The translations under genes and the position numbers were made by a program. From NCBI RefSeq assembly GCF_018350175.1, contig NC_058368.1, positions 64,358,001 through 64,422,000 on the forward strand: a stretch of 64,000 nucleotides of DNA, read 5' to 3'. Origin of the DNA: Felis catus. Lineage: Eukaryota. Positions 1-12,929 of this stretch are shown piece after piece; position 1 is the stretch's first letter; each line of letters starts with the position of its first letter. The notes under the pieces were generated by a model. That model was given only the letters and a program-made list of their open reading frames with translations. It was not told the DNA's origin and ran no database searches.

Positions 1-392
1 TGATAACAAATTCACAAGATATGATATAAAAAGCATTCTTAAAAGACTAAAGAATCTGAACTCTTTATCTCAGTTTTGGAAATACAAGATCTTTGGACAT
101 TACCAAATAGTGTCCTGTTTTTGTTTCTGTTTTTCCCCTTGAAAAACTATTTGTAGTTATACAAACACATTCTTTTGTGTATTTGTAATTGTCCTTGGTT
201 TCAAGTACATTGACTCTGAAGCCAGAAGCCAACCTTTAAGAGTATCATTGACCCTGGGAATATAGTTCATTCCTACTCATCAGAGTTAAAAGAAGCTTGA
301 GTTCCTGAAATTACTTTTATCATCTTACTCTGATATATCATGATTTTTCTCTCCGTTTTCCAAACACCAATATTCATAAGTTGTACTTAGCA

Positions 393-747
393 TATATTTA
401 TATTCTAGGGCCACTGTAAGAAAATACGCCACGCTGGACAGCTTAAAACAGAAATTGACTTTCTCATAGCTGAATACTAGAAGTTCAAGGTCAAGGTATT
501 AACAAGGGCAGATACTTGTAGGGTTTCTTTGGCTCAAAGACTACAGCTTTCTCACTGTATCCTAACATGGATTTTTCTCTGTGCACATACTTCCCTGGTG
601 TATCTCTTCTTGTAAAAACATCAGTCATAATGACCTATGACCTCACTTAATCTTCATATTGCGTTGAAAGCACGATCTCCAAGTGCACTCACTTTTGGGG
701 TTTGGGCTTCAACATAAATTTGGGGGAACATGATTCACTCCACAACA
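393..747 (-). mobile_element. MaLR solo LTR (MLT1B/C-like)
   Basis: Reverse complement starts TGTTGTGGAGTGAATCATGTTCCCCCAAATTTATGTTGAAGCCC, like the MLT1B 5' end; the other end carries the typical CTTAAAACAGAAATT...AGAAGTTCAAGGTCAAGG motif. Confidence 0.75.
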
Positions 748-843
748 CATGATTTATTAGGAATCAAAAGTTTTGTCACTGTCCAGAAAATTTTCTCCCC
801 TTATCTGACAAAAGCTTTCAAATTTTGGTTTAGGAACCACCTT

Positions 844-880
844 CTCTCTCTGTCTCTGTCACTCTCTCTGTCTCTGTCAC

Positions 881-920
<40 letters not shown>
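844..920. repeat. (TC)n / TCTCTG compound microsatellite
   Basis: Directly visible; explains the SLSLSL ORF at 730-936. Confidence 0.97.
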
Positions 921-923
<3 letters not shown>

Positions 924-959
924 TCCTGCATTATAGATCTGAAAGATCTTAATCTGGTC

Positions 960-1366
960 TCATAAGATGGGAACAGGACACATTCAAACCATTTCTCTCT
1001 CTAGCTGAAGTGATTGCTTTAGAGGCAGATTAGTGACCCAAGTCAGACAAATATCTGGGGATATGGCTAGAATAACAGGAAAGAGGAGTTCTTATCTTTC
1101 TACTTGACTAGGCTTATGATTTATAATCCTGGAGCTGTTCTTAACTGTGCTGCCCTTGTGTGGAATGATCCTGCCTAGAATAAAGCCAACAAGGAAAATA
1201 GCAGTATTCTGATATAAGAAGACTCCTGATAGTATCTGAGCATCTGGATCCAGCCAAACTGAAATCTCAACTATTCCTGGGCTTCTCAGCTGCCTGAGTC
1301 AACCAATTACATTTTGCATTAGCCAGTTTAAATTTGATTCCTACTGTTGTGACCAAAGTAATCCTG
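960..1366 (+). mobile_element. Old MaLR LTR (MLT1J/K-like)
   Basis: Motifs TGACCCAAGTCAG, CCTGGAGCTG, GAATAAAGCCAAC, GAGCATCTGGATCCAGCC, TTAGCCAGTTT resemble MLT1J/K. Confidence 0.6.
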
Positions 1367-1541
1367 GAAGAGCATTTTAGCTCCTTAACACTATAAAAAG
1401 TGAATTCTAGAGACAGAAGTAGAAATTCAAAATGCTTAGAACTAGTGTTCATGAATACTAACCAGGCATGAGGATTAGATGGAATACCTATAGCTATAGG
1501 GAAAAACTAATTGCTGTCTTATTTAAAGGAAATATATTTTT

Positions 1542-1757
1542 TTTAATTTTTTTTCAACGTTTATTTATTTTGGGGACAGAGAGAGACAGAGCATGAACAG
1601 GGGAGGGGCAGAGAGAGAGGGAGACACAGAATCGGAAACAGGCTCCAGGCTCTGAGCCATCAGCCCAGAGCCTGACGCGGGGCTCGAACTCGTGGACCGT
1701 GAGATCGTGACCTGGCTGAAGTCGGACGCTTAACCGACTGCGCCACCCAGGCGCCCC
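1542..1757 (-). mobile_element. CanSINE, young SINEC_Fc-type
   Basis: Minus strand reads GGGGCGCCTGGGTGGCGCAGTCGGTTAAGCGTCCGACTTCAGCCAGG with CT tract and A tail; CpGs retained; TSD GGAAATATATTTTT at 1528-1541 and 1760-1773. Confidence 0.97.
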
Positions 1758-3779
1758 TTGGAAATATATTTTTAAATACATAAAGTTACTACATCTTTGC
1801 CAAGAACCAAGTGGATTACATTAGTCTTTGGAGAAATATTCACTCCCTATAATTCAAGCATAACCCCAAGTACAATAAGTATCTTGTATGAGAACTCATC
1901 TTTAAGAGTTCTTCTGTCAAATTTGATTCCACTCCAAAATGATTGGTATTAGAACCAATAAGAGGAGATGAACACAAGTTTGGGAGACAAGAAATCTGTG
2001 CCTGATAAGCGGTGAATTACTTAAGCATAGTTTTCCCATGAAAAATGATTATGGAAAGAAATTGTAGGGAAGCGTAAAAGAAAGGATGACAATGGAGCTC
2101 CTCAGAGAGTTGGAGGTTTCAACAAAATTGGGGTACAGTGTTCTTGGTGTTGAAAAGCTTAAGACAATAGGATTTCCTAATCAGAAATTAGACAGTTTCA
2201 GATTTCAGTTTAGTAGTCCATGGCAATCATAGTTCAGGGAATGGGTTAGTAAATTGTTGAAGTGCATCAGGGGTAAAAAATGGAATCTCTCAGTTCTTTG
2301 GAACATTGCTTGAAAATACTGCACTAAGTTGTTTTTTGGAATGTCTAGGACTACAGCACTTTAAGTGAAAGCCTTGCAATATGTCTTTTTACATTCTGAA
2401 AACCAAAAATAATTTACCAGTGAATTTTGAAGTTGACTCTTCCACATAGATAATGTACATATGTCTTGGAGTTCCCTGTGCTGTTTTCATCCAAAAATAG
2501 AGCAGTATTAATCACACCAGGAAAAAAATTCTGAAGTACTCTTGAATCTTATCATAAAAATTTTTGAGACTTATTTACTAGTTCTTGAGGGACAATTTCA
2601 TCTTGACCACTAATAATTTCTCAACTCAAATACTTGAATGATAGAAACTATTGTAGCCAAGGCAAGAGTAGAAGAATCAGAAGTCTGTTCTCATTAAGCC
2701 TTCCCACTACACCTGGTATTAAATCTAGCTTTCCTCAAGACCACATCTGACATCAAATGACTATGGTATTAGTCTTAACTTTACCTTTCAGACCATCTCT
2801 AATGTGTGTCCCTTTCTGAATGGACATGCACAGAACAGAACCGGATTCTCAAATTAATGGACTTAAGTTTTCTGTCTTGTTCTGTTCTAGCTTTTTAATA
2901 GTACTTTTCTAACATCTACAGCATAATTTCCTTAATTTTTCCCCCTGAGGCACTCTTTAAAAAATGATCTCAGGTTAGAAATATACTTCAAGGAATATTT
3001 TCACATTAGAGAAAGTTATTTAAAAACCTGTATTTAGTCCCACTTAAACTGTTACTGATATCTTTAAAGGGCATATCAAACTATTCAGAGAATTTATTAG
3101 TACTTAGGTTGATACCTTTGAGATAGATAAACAAGGCAGCATATGCAGGATTATGAAGTATAAGCTTTTGATTCAGAGAGTAAACCAAACAATAAGCATT
3201 TATTAAAGTTATCTTTGCCTGATAACCTGCTACCTCCATGTTTTTATATTCAAAACTGTAAAAGATACATCAAGTCTTTAGGATTCTGTTTAATTTCTAA
3301 CTGGTTTTATTTAATATTTACCCCAAATTTAATCAACTGTTTAGTATTATTCTGAGTCTTGTTCTCAGTGCAGATTTTCCTGATTTTCTCAATAAAATCT
3401 TTTTACAGTTAAATCAAACTTAGAAATTTCCTTATCTCTGCTTTTGAGCCTTATATTAGGAGTGATCCTTCCCACAGTTTATATTCATTTTAGCCTTAAT
3501 CTGACCTGCTATTGATAGTAATTTCACCTTAATTTCTGTTGCAACTCTCAAAATACATTCCTCACAGACATTGCATATCCATATACTTTGAGCCAAGGTT
3601 GTACTTTGTACTTTACGTTTGGATCATTTTAGGGCTTGATAATTCTGTTAGATGAGCCACCTCCCTAACATCTAGCTGTGAATTCATCTTTGAGAGGAAA
3701 TCTTCACACTGAAATTTAAATGATCTGTAGGAAATCTTCTATTTCAAATCTGTGGATTAAAGAGAAATCAAAGTAAAAA

Positions 3780-4350
3780 CAGACCAGTATAGGAAAGAGA
3801 TGAGGGTCACTTGGGCCAGGTTGTTGTCAGTGCAAATGGGGAAAAAAATGAAAGCCTCTAAGATACACATTAGAGGTTGATACTATAGAATTAATAGGAT
3901 AGATACAGCAGGGAAGGTAAGAAACATTGATGTTGACTCCACATTTTTAATCTGACTCATTTTATGGGGGATAATCTGACTTGTTGAGGTATGGAAAAGC
4001 TTGGCAGATAAATAGATTTGTGTTATAGGAAAAAAAATACAGATTTATTTTGACTAAGATGAATTTTAGTCATCCTGATAGAAAGTAAGATTCAAGGATA
4101 GGGGCAATGGAAGTCAGGATTGGAGGTATAAACTAGACAATCTGTAGATAGTTTCAAAGCCTTGAGAGGAAATATTTGCTTAGAAAAATAGTGTAAAGAG
4201 ATGGTGTCCAACTCCTAGCTTTATTAGTCCCTAAAATTTGGGGTAGGCCACTGAGAAGAATCTAGCAAAGGGAGCTGAAAAATGATGGGAGGGATAAGGA
4301 AATCCATGAATCGGGCGATGTTGGGCAAATGGTAGTTCTTGGTAGGAGTT
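3780..4350 (-). mobile_element. L2 LINE remnant
   Basis: Degenerate purine-rich antisense-L2 motifs (AGAGATGAGGGTCACTTGGGCCAGG, AGGATTGGAGGTATAAAC, AGCAAAGGGAGCTGA). Confidence 0.55.
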
Positions 4351-4634
4351 ATTAACTTTCATAAGGGCTGACTGGTAAAGTTTATAGTTCTTTATTCAAA
4401 CTTGAGGATCTAGTATAACTTTACACTCACTGGCACTCATTGACCAAAAGGTTGGTGAAGGGAATAATTTGTGAAGATATCCATCCAACATATGCACGGT
4501 GCATTCTTTTTCAGTACCCCAACACTGGTTTTAATCAGACCATCAGAAGGTAAAATGGAAATTATGACTCCCATAACAGTGAATCTTGCTAAATTTCATT
4601 TTGGTATTATGATATTTGGCCTGCTTTAAGAAAT

Positions 4635-4638
<4 letters not shown>

Positions 4639-4672
<34 letters not shown>

Positions 4673-4680
4673 CGAGAGCG
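4639..4680. repeat. (GA)n(GC)n microsatellite
   Basis: Directly visible. Confidence 0.95.
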
Positions 4681-5179
4681 TGCACTCAATAAAATGTCAT
4701 AAATGTTACCCAATTATTAACTGATGTGGACCAGTTCTTTGATGTTTAAATAAAATACGCTAGACTCTATATTCTACATTCTGTGAATTTAATAAATTTT
4801 CTAAAAATTCCAACAAGTCCTCAATGACTTAAATTTTATAGTCCAGCTCCAAGATCTTTTTCCTATTTGCTTGCATTTCACCTTCCTTAGAGTTTTACTA
4901 AAATAGGGAACCCTAGAATTCAATTTTCTCCTTGTTTTCAGTTTTTGCATTCCTAAAGCACTCACATAATGCATTTATACATGTAAAATATTTTCTGGTA
5001 AAACTGGAATGTCCTTGTATAACATTGTAAAAACATCATGTATTGTATATTGTCATCCTGTTTAAGTCTGCTCAGCTTCTCTCTTGGGTGCTTCTTGGAC
5101 ACTTCTCTCTCTAAAAGCCATAATTCTTAAAGAATTCTGAGCCAGTAAAACCTATGGGTCTTGGAAGTTACTGTCTTCT

Positions 5180-5496
5180 TTTTTCAGAATGTAATCTCTC
5201 CAGATAGATGCATGGTTCAACTTCCTTTCACAGAGGGCTCTGCTAAAAGAACATGTTCCTGACCACCCCATATGAATTAGCTTCCTTATCTTACCTGATT
5301 TCTTTTTATTTGTAGTGTTTATCCCCACTTGATATATGTGTCTCTTTTCCTACTCCTATCCTCTCTCAAGAACAAGGCTCAGAGTAGAAACTTAATCTGT
5401 TCCATTCACTAATAAATTCCTAATACCCAGGGTGTTACCTAATCTATGGTAGGTACTAAGTAATAGGGGTGATGGAATGTATGAGAGAATGAATAA
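5180..5496 (+). mobile_element. L2 3' end
   Basis: TTCCTGACCACCCC, CTGTTCCATTCACT, GGTAGGTACTAAGTAAT...GAATGAATAAA match the L2 3' terminus. Confidence 0.6.
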
Positions 5497-7776
5497 ACAT
5501 GTCTGAATTTGTGTCTTCATTAAGTGGGGATAATATCTGCTTACTTAAAGCATATGAATATTTTCAGTCAAATGATGTAAATGATGTTATGTTTCAGTAA
5601 CTATAAAGTTTGATATAGAGATCCATATCTAGTATCTTAATATTGCATACATATAGCCAAAAATATATTTGGTTCTATTCACTTGACATAAAAATAATTT
5701 AATACCACATATCAGATCCATAAAGCCTGTGTATCCTAGCCTCACTAAAGTTGCTTTGGGGGTGTGTAGTCAGGATCTCGGTTTCACTTTTATTATTGTT
5801 TGTTTTAACATTTGTGTGGAATATATCCCTTTTTTTTTTTTTTTTGCTTGAGTTCTGATATATTTTTGATGAATGTTTTAAGTGGGCATTTGTGTTTGAA
5901 AATCCTTATAAAAATAATAGGCCTTCCATTGTGCAATTTATTTTCTTTAGAACAAAGGTGAGAAATAGGTCTGATTTATAGTAAAAGTATAGTAAGTTAG
6001 TCATAAAATAATTGAATCAACCATGATCGCCCCGCTGATTCTGCAATACTAAGATGGGTGTACAGGTAAGAGTTACTAATAAATTAACTTTTACTTTTGA
6101 GATGTAAAGACTATTTTATACTATGTTACTTTACACATCCTAAATACTAGGAAAGGTTAGGTTTAAAAGGTATTATTTTAAACTCGAGGTCTTTGTATTT
6201 GATTTGCATCTCCATTGGCTTGTTTTTTAGAGAGCTTTGATATACTGTGATCTATAACAACATAAATAATGAAGATAAATTTATTGAATTTATTCTTTAG
6301 GGTAATGTGTTTACTTATGTCAATGAGAGATGTGGTGGTGGGACGGAGAATCTCAGTTGCTTATCCTTGTCTGTTCCTGTTGGAAGGTCAGGTATAAAGA
6401 TAGATTGCTGCATTATTTGCCTATAAGCCACATCACTCATCTTGACCAACCATCCTGCCAACCCCGTTTCCACATTGGAGATTTGGACGGAGGTGAGGGA
6501 ATGCATCACAGGTTGTTCTTTTTTCAATACTTTGTGGAAAAGCAACTATAACTTAGGCTCGAGTTGGAGGATTAGATCTTCATATTAAAAAAAAAAACAC
6601 TTAACTAAAAATCCAGAGATAAACCTAGAATTGAGGTAGACTTCAGTTTTTGAATTCTGCTCTTGGGCTATACAAACATCATATTTATCTTTGGAATGTA
6701 TCAAATTTTCTGTTAAAGTTTTATGTTTTAGACATAATGTCAGGTTTTTCAACTTTTTATAAGTGGTTTTCAACACTGATTTTTAAATTGGTTCATCTAA
6801 ATTATAAGAGATTTGGTATACTAATTTTTTCATTAAACACTTGGACAAAAATCTCCAAATGTCTGTGGTACATTCTCAGTGATGTTGGTGTGATACAAAT
6901 ATTTCTTTCAACTTTTTTGCCAAGCTGGATCATAATTCTCCCATAAGGATGGTTTTTGCCCTGGGTGGAATTATTAAAGACCAGCAGTGTGCTTAGACTC
7001 ATGCATGATATCATGCAAAACAAAACTATTACAACATATCATCTAAGCCATATATTGTGACTTAATTTGGCTTTATCTTAAAACCTAATACTGTAATTCT
7101 GAACAGGAAGACCACTGTTTTTGAGAGTTGTTGTTAATTATTAACATGTTGAATATTTGTAGCTTACAAACCATTTGCATGAGTGTGTATGGGTGTGTGT
7201 AAAATCTCATTTGTTCCTCATGAGAACCTGTGAAGAAGGTATTATTTGGATATTATGAGTAAATTAAGATTTAGATGTTCTAAGTCTTAGATTTTGGTAT
7301 ATTTAACAATTGAACTGTAATTCATACATAATCAACAGATACTACGTTTGTTGACACTAATATATAATTAGTTCTTTAATAGTACTTGTATTGCTCTTTT
7401 ACATATTTTACATATTTTAAGCAAGTATACATTGACTATTTCATAGTAAATAGGGATACTTTAATAGTATTTAGTATAATCTGTGAAATATTTACCACTC
7501 TTTATAGGTATCTTGCAATATTGTGTAATACATAAGAGGCAATCATAAATACATAAGATAAAGTAAGCCATGTAAGTTAAATTATCTGGTGAGTGATTAT
7601 TCATGACATAGACTGTTACTCAGAAAGACATTTGTTTTACCCTTTTATATGTAATTACAATGTAATAGAATATAAGCCTTTTTGTGAAGACCACTTAGCA
7701 CCCATTTAAACAGTTTCTATTTATCAATGCTCTGGCTTTTCCCCACATAATAATTTGAAAGCCGCATTTATCCAGG

Positions 7777-7777
<1 letters not shown>

Positions 7778-7826
<49 letters not shown>
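7778..7826. repeat. (TG)n(CG)n microsatellite
   Basis: Directly visible alternating purine-pyrimidine run. Confidence 0.97.
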
Positions 7827-8321
7827 TTTCATCTGAATTGTTTGATATATTCATTAACCTTTGATAGGTGCTATTAGGATGCAGATGTGTAATATGAGCA
7901 GATTTATAATCCAAATGGACAGGTGGTACACATAAACATGTTAAATAATAAAGAGAAGAGGTGAGTTACCAGGATGTTCAGGACTCAGATAATAGGCAAA
8001 CTGCCTGGCTGATTCCTGTCTCTTAGACAACCTAAACAATTCCTCAAGGCGTGATACTGAAGGGGAGTGGGAATGTATGGGTAAGTTGTGTAGGATGCCT
8101 TAATAGGTTGGTGGGAAACAAAATAGAGGAGTAGCAGTGGGAAGACAATAAATGTTGATTTTTTTTTTTTTTTTAGGCTCTTGGCTTGGGGGATTTGGGA
8201 GGGCTGGCTAGATATATTTTGGGAAAGCAGGATGGTGTGCCAGCAGGTTAAGCTTAGTATTTTGATTATCTGCTAGCAGACAAGGTATGAAAGTTCAGAC
8301 ACATGAAAGAAATCTGATAGT

Positions 8322-8827
8322 AATAAAGATGATGTGCTCTGTGTGTGTATGCATATGTATATATATTGTGTGTGTATGCATATGTATATATATGTATATA
8401 TGCATACACACACGATGGGATATTACTCAGCCACAAAAAAGAATGAAATCTTGCCATTTGCAATGATGTGGATGGAGTTAGAGAGTATTAAGTGAAGTGA
8501 AACAAGTCAGAAAGACCAATCCAACATGATTTATTTCACTCATATGTGGAATTTAAGAAACTAAACAAACGAACACATGGCGGGGGACAGGGGGGTGAGA
8601 GGCAAACCAAAAACCACACTCTTAATTGCAGATAACAAACTGAGGGTTGCTGGAGGGGAGGTGGGCAGGAAGATGTGTTAAATGTGTGATGGGCATTAAG
8701 GTAGACACTCGTTGTGATGAGCACTGGGTGTTGTATATAAGTGATGAATCACTGAATTCTCCATCTGAAGCCAATATTATACTATATGTTAACTAACTGG
8801 AATTCAAATAAAAACCTGGAGGAAAAA
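8322..8827 (+). mobile_element. 5'-truncated carnivore L1 (ORF2 end + 3' UTR)
   Basis: AAGAATGAAATCTTGCCATTTGCAATGATGTGGATGGA and CACTCATATGTGGAATTTAAGAAAC, A-rich tail; TSD AAATCTGATAGT at 8310-8321 and 8828-8839. Confidence 0.92.
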
Positions 8828-8859
8828 AAATCTGATAGTTATGTGTAAGAACCTAGTTA

Positions 8860-9075
8860 GAGGAGTTAAAGCTTGGGATTCTGGAGTCATACAGGCAGTG
8901 CTCCCAATCTGCTTTCACCACATTTCCCAATAACATGAACTTGAGCAAGTTACTTAACCTCCCCAGTCTGTTTTCTCTTCTCTAAAATGGTGATACTGCC
9001 TCCTACTGAGGGTTGTGGTGGGATTAAATAAGAAAATCTATGTAATGAGTTCAGTAGAAACTCAATAAAAAAATT
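8860..9075 (+). mobile_element. MIR SINE
   Basis: MIR core TTGAGCAAGTTACTTAACCTC...TTTTCTCTTCTCTAAAATGG...AGGGTTGTGGTGGGATTAAAT. Confidence 0.8.
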
Positions 9076-11865
9076 ATTTCTGAATTCACCAGGATGTTAA
9101 GAGAGAAGACTAGGACTCCAGCCTGCAAAGGTCACAAAGCAGTGGCTGAACACAGGATGATGAGATAAGGATTCTGTCAGGAAAACTGTTTTCTTGCTGC
9201 TGAAGGTGCTGTCACTCGAAACAATGGAAGGCTGCTTGATCGAACTTTCCCCCGATTAGAGAACTATGGCAGGGTTGCTAATGTTTTTAAGTTTCATGAG
9301 ATGATAAAATCTGGTAAATAGGATGCCTGCTTTAAACTCATGTTACGGAAGCCGATAACAAAGGGTGTGAGTAACCTCCCTTTACTCACGTTTACTCCCT
9401 TTATTAACGTTACCTTCATGCAGCATCTCTTAAGCCACAATTCAAAGACATGCTCCTTAGATTTATTCTGTGTGGTGGTTCTCAGTGTAATGCCCAGCTT
9501 GGTCCATACAAGCAGAAGACAGAGCTGGCCATAAGAATCTCTTTATGTTTATCCTGATGTTTTTCTGTTGTTACTTTCCTTTTCCTATAGATTAGTATTG
9601 AGGAATGGCCAGATGGGAGCTTGTCTGAATGCATTGGAGACTATTAAAAAATTTTAGGAGGGGGTACTGATAGGACAAATGAAATCTTTAAAGACATTTA
9701 AGGTAGTGGCAGAATAAAGTCATTCAGGAATCTGTTTTGGTTATTTTAATTCTATTTTTGTCAGAATCTTATTCAACCTGAACAAAATATTAGTTAAGAA
9801 CTATAGAAATCAGAGGCGTGCATACTGGAAACTAGCATAGTGGAAGCATTACCCATTTATCTCCCTGAGGTTGTACTACAATAACTATCCTGGTATCTGT
9901 CAAACATGAGAAATACAGTTTAGTTAAGGCAATCACATTTTATGTAATTGCATATTTTAAACAAGAAATCAATAACAAACACATAATACTAAGGGTCAAT
10001 GGATAACCAATATTTCTGCATTTATAGCAGTATATCTATATTTTTCTTATGAAAAATGGTAATTATAAATTGTAGGATAGCCTCACAAACAATTTATAGG
10101 AATTCTCTGATACATGTCAGCCAATGAAATTGAGAGCTAAAGCTAACAATTTAAAGCATGTATACGTGTGTCATACAGCAGATGTATTACTTTATGTGTA
10201 GATCTGTGTGCTTGTGTTCATAGGTATTATTTCAGGCAGTGTTTTACTCTTAATACGGGCAACTACCATATGCCCATTTTAATATTAGCCTTCAAATAAA
10301 TGAAGATGGGTTTGAAAGAAACTCCCATTAATGAAACTTATAATTGTGCTTACAGCTGACAACTGTCACTGAATGTGTATGAAGGTCCTCGAGAGAGCGA
10401 TGCTCTCCATACCATGTGTCTTGAGCAGAATTCACTTCCACTTAGTCCTTCTTTACGTCCATAAAGAGGCTGTACATTTAAAGATCCTGGCATAGTAGAA
10501 CTCTTGCAGGTTGTAGGCAGTGCAGTAGAACGGCTCATCAGAAATAGTTTGCATGACCTTCACTGCTTTTGTTCTACTTCAAGATGATCAGTTTTGACAA
10601 ATAAAAATGACTATAACTTAGTGTTGTCAAAAAATAACTGTAGATGAAAGTTACAAAATAATGCATGTTAAAATGAGATTTGGCCAACTGATAATCGGAT
10701 TTTCAGACTTTTCCAGATCCTGCTAAATGAGGATGCAATGTAACTAATAAGGATAAAGCCTGACCAGCTTTATGATGGCATATGGCAAGTCATTTTCATT
10801 GTTTGGGGGAAAAATGTTTATACAGCATGTATGAAAATCTGTTAAAAAAAAAGGGGGGGGGGTTTGGGTTAGAAATCCAAGTTAAAGTAATTTAAATCCA
10901 TAAATATGGTAATGTTTCAAAGTATGAAAACTATATTTAGGATTCTCTTTAGTACCATATTTTCTTTGTAATTCATGTGTTGTATGCTTAAATATTGTGA
11001 TAATGTCACATAGCATCAAATTGCAATCCCTCATAAAGTTCCAGAAAAACCTAGCAAATGGGCAGTGAATGTGGGAACACAGTTAAGGGTGGTATTGATG
11101 AACTGACAATACTAAAGTCAGTAACTGGATGTATAGGAGGTAGTGGATTTCTGGATAAAAGGTAACTTTTATAGTATACAATATCATAGCAGAGGGAAGA
11201 ATAAGTACTTATAATATTGTGCTTAAATTGTTGGATTTTGGTATATCAGGCATTTTTAAAGTAGGGAACATTTAAAGCACACATATATATGTGTTGTAGA
11301 TATTAGGGATATTAGATAACGAGCTAATGAATTCAAATCCATAATATCTATAAATTCAAATGAAATGAGGAAGATGATAGGCAGATTGAGTTCATGGATA
11401 TTTAACACAAATGTTTCCTTTTTTCTTGGAATACATTCAGTTCAATGACCAATTTCATTATAATTTTGAAATAAATTGCCTTAATCATGTCAGTGACCAT
11501 TACATTATAAGGCATTTATGAAAGCCTGGAAAAATATAGTCATGATTAGAAACTTTAATGATTCATTTATTTTAAAAAACACCAATAATTGTATCTAGTT
11601 TTGCAATAAATAATACCAGTAATTCCAATCTATATTTTAAAAGAAACACTAGAAAAAACAACCAAGCCAGAGCTGCATTTGAGTATATGTGATTTGTCTG
11701 TCATCATCAGTATTTAAAGCAATTGAGTTTTCAGGTTCCTCCTAGTGATATATCCCTCTTTTTTTTTTTCTCTCCTGAAATGGTATCATAATCTTTATAA
11801 GTCTCAAATGACTAGGAATGACTAGGTAAAGTAGAAATTGAGAAATAAATTGAATTTTCTGTCAA

Positions 11866-12333
11866 TTAAGTTTAGATTCCTGGGTATACAACAGAAAGCA
11901 CCAGATAACAGCAGATTAAGACCGAGTTTTTTCTCTTACATGAAAGAAGTAAAAGGTAAACTCATGGTCATGAAGGACCACAACTGCTTCATTTTTTTTC
12001 TTTTCTCCCATTCTTTGTATATGGCTAAATTTGCAGGTTCTAAGATATCTTCAGGATCTCCTGCAGTATGATAGGACCTTCACATTCCAAGTAGTAGGAA
12101 GGTGGAAGGTGAGGGAGAATAAGTTAAAATGGTCACTCCTTCCAACACAGTATGTTTCCCTTAAGCTGACTTTGAGCTCCCACACAACACTTCTACCCAA
12201 ATCTAATTGGCCTGAACAATCACATGGCCAAACTTGGCTGTATGGAGAGCTGCTCAGTATAGCCACAGATGGAATGAATTTTCTATGACCAAGGAATAAA
12301 ATGTCATGGGTGGTAACTAGTAGTCTCTACCAC
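11866..12333 (-). mobile_element. Old MaLR LTR (MLT1I/J/K-like)
   Basis: AACAGAAAGCACCAGATAACAG...TTTTTTCTCTTACATGAAAGAAGT, TCACATTCCAAGTAGTAGGAAGG, CACATGGCCAAAC, TAGTCTCTACCAC. Confidence 0.6.
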
Positions 12334-12604
12334 TAAGTCTTATTATAGATAATTTACCTCCTTCCTGTGGGAGGTCTATGTAATCAATTCTAGAAATCAA
12401 AGTTTAAAAATGACCTATGATATTTAAGAATCTAAAAAACATAAGAGGAATATTTTAAGGAAGTAGGAATACCCTAAAGAAGAGAAATTCAAGAGGGATA
12501 GCATAGCTGCATTCACTTATTTCACAAGTAAAATAGATAACAAATTATCCTATGTGTCCCAAGGTGGAGAAGGAGAACCATTGGGTAGAAATTATAGTCA
12601 CAAA

Positions 12605-12870
12605 TTCACTCACTACTTAATGAGTGCCTACTATGTTTCAGGCAGTGTTTTGGGTACTGTAGACATAACTGTGAATAAGCCAGACAAGTTCCTAGCGCCC
12701 TTAGCCCTTGTATTCTAGTGAAAGTAGATAGACACCAAACAAGTACACAAAAAAATTTCAGGTAATGCTATGGTGAAAATAAGGTAGGCCTCTGGGAGAG
12801 ATCATTTCATGGAGGAAGGTGAACTGCTATCATATCGAGTAGCAAAAGTCTTCTGATACCATGACATATT
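12605..12870 (-). mobile_element. L2 3' end
   Basis: ATTCACTCAC...AATGAGTGCCTACTATGTTTCAGGCAGTG...GTGAATAAGCCAGACAAG is the reverse L2 terminus. Confidence 0.75.
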
Positions 12871-12929
12871 GGCTGAACCAGAGTGTGTCCTCTTTCTCTC
12901 TAAAGCATGCTCATCACCTTTCCACTGAT

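Noticed and set aside
1554..1781. ORFs of the GAPGWRSRLSVRLQ / MAQSVEHPTSAQV type (also 14145, 31274, 54697, 59179)
   Set aside because: Translations of CanSINE bodies, not genes; the tRNA-derived heads are not functional tRNAs.
6315..6545. 76-aa minus-strand ORF with protein-like composition
   Set aside because: Non-ATG start, no recognised homology, and splicing from the 10354 donor into its internal acceptor hits a stop within five codons.
9157..9203. Box C (ATGATGA) and box D (CTGA) resembling a C/D snoRNA
   Set aside because: Only ~46 nt apart, with no convincing terminal stem or recognisable rRNA guide.
12420..12600. Possible L3/CR1 fragment
   Set aside because: Resemblance too weak to support without an HMM search.
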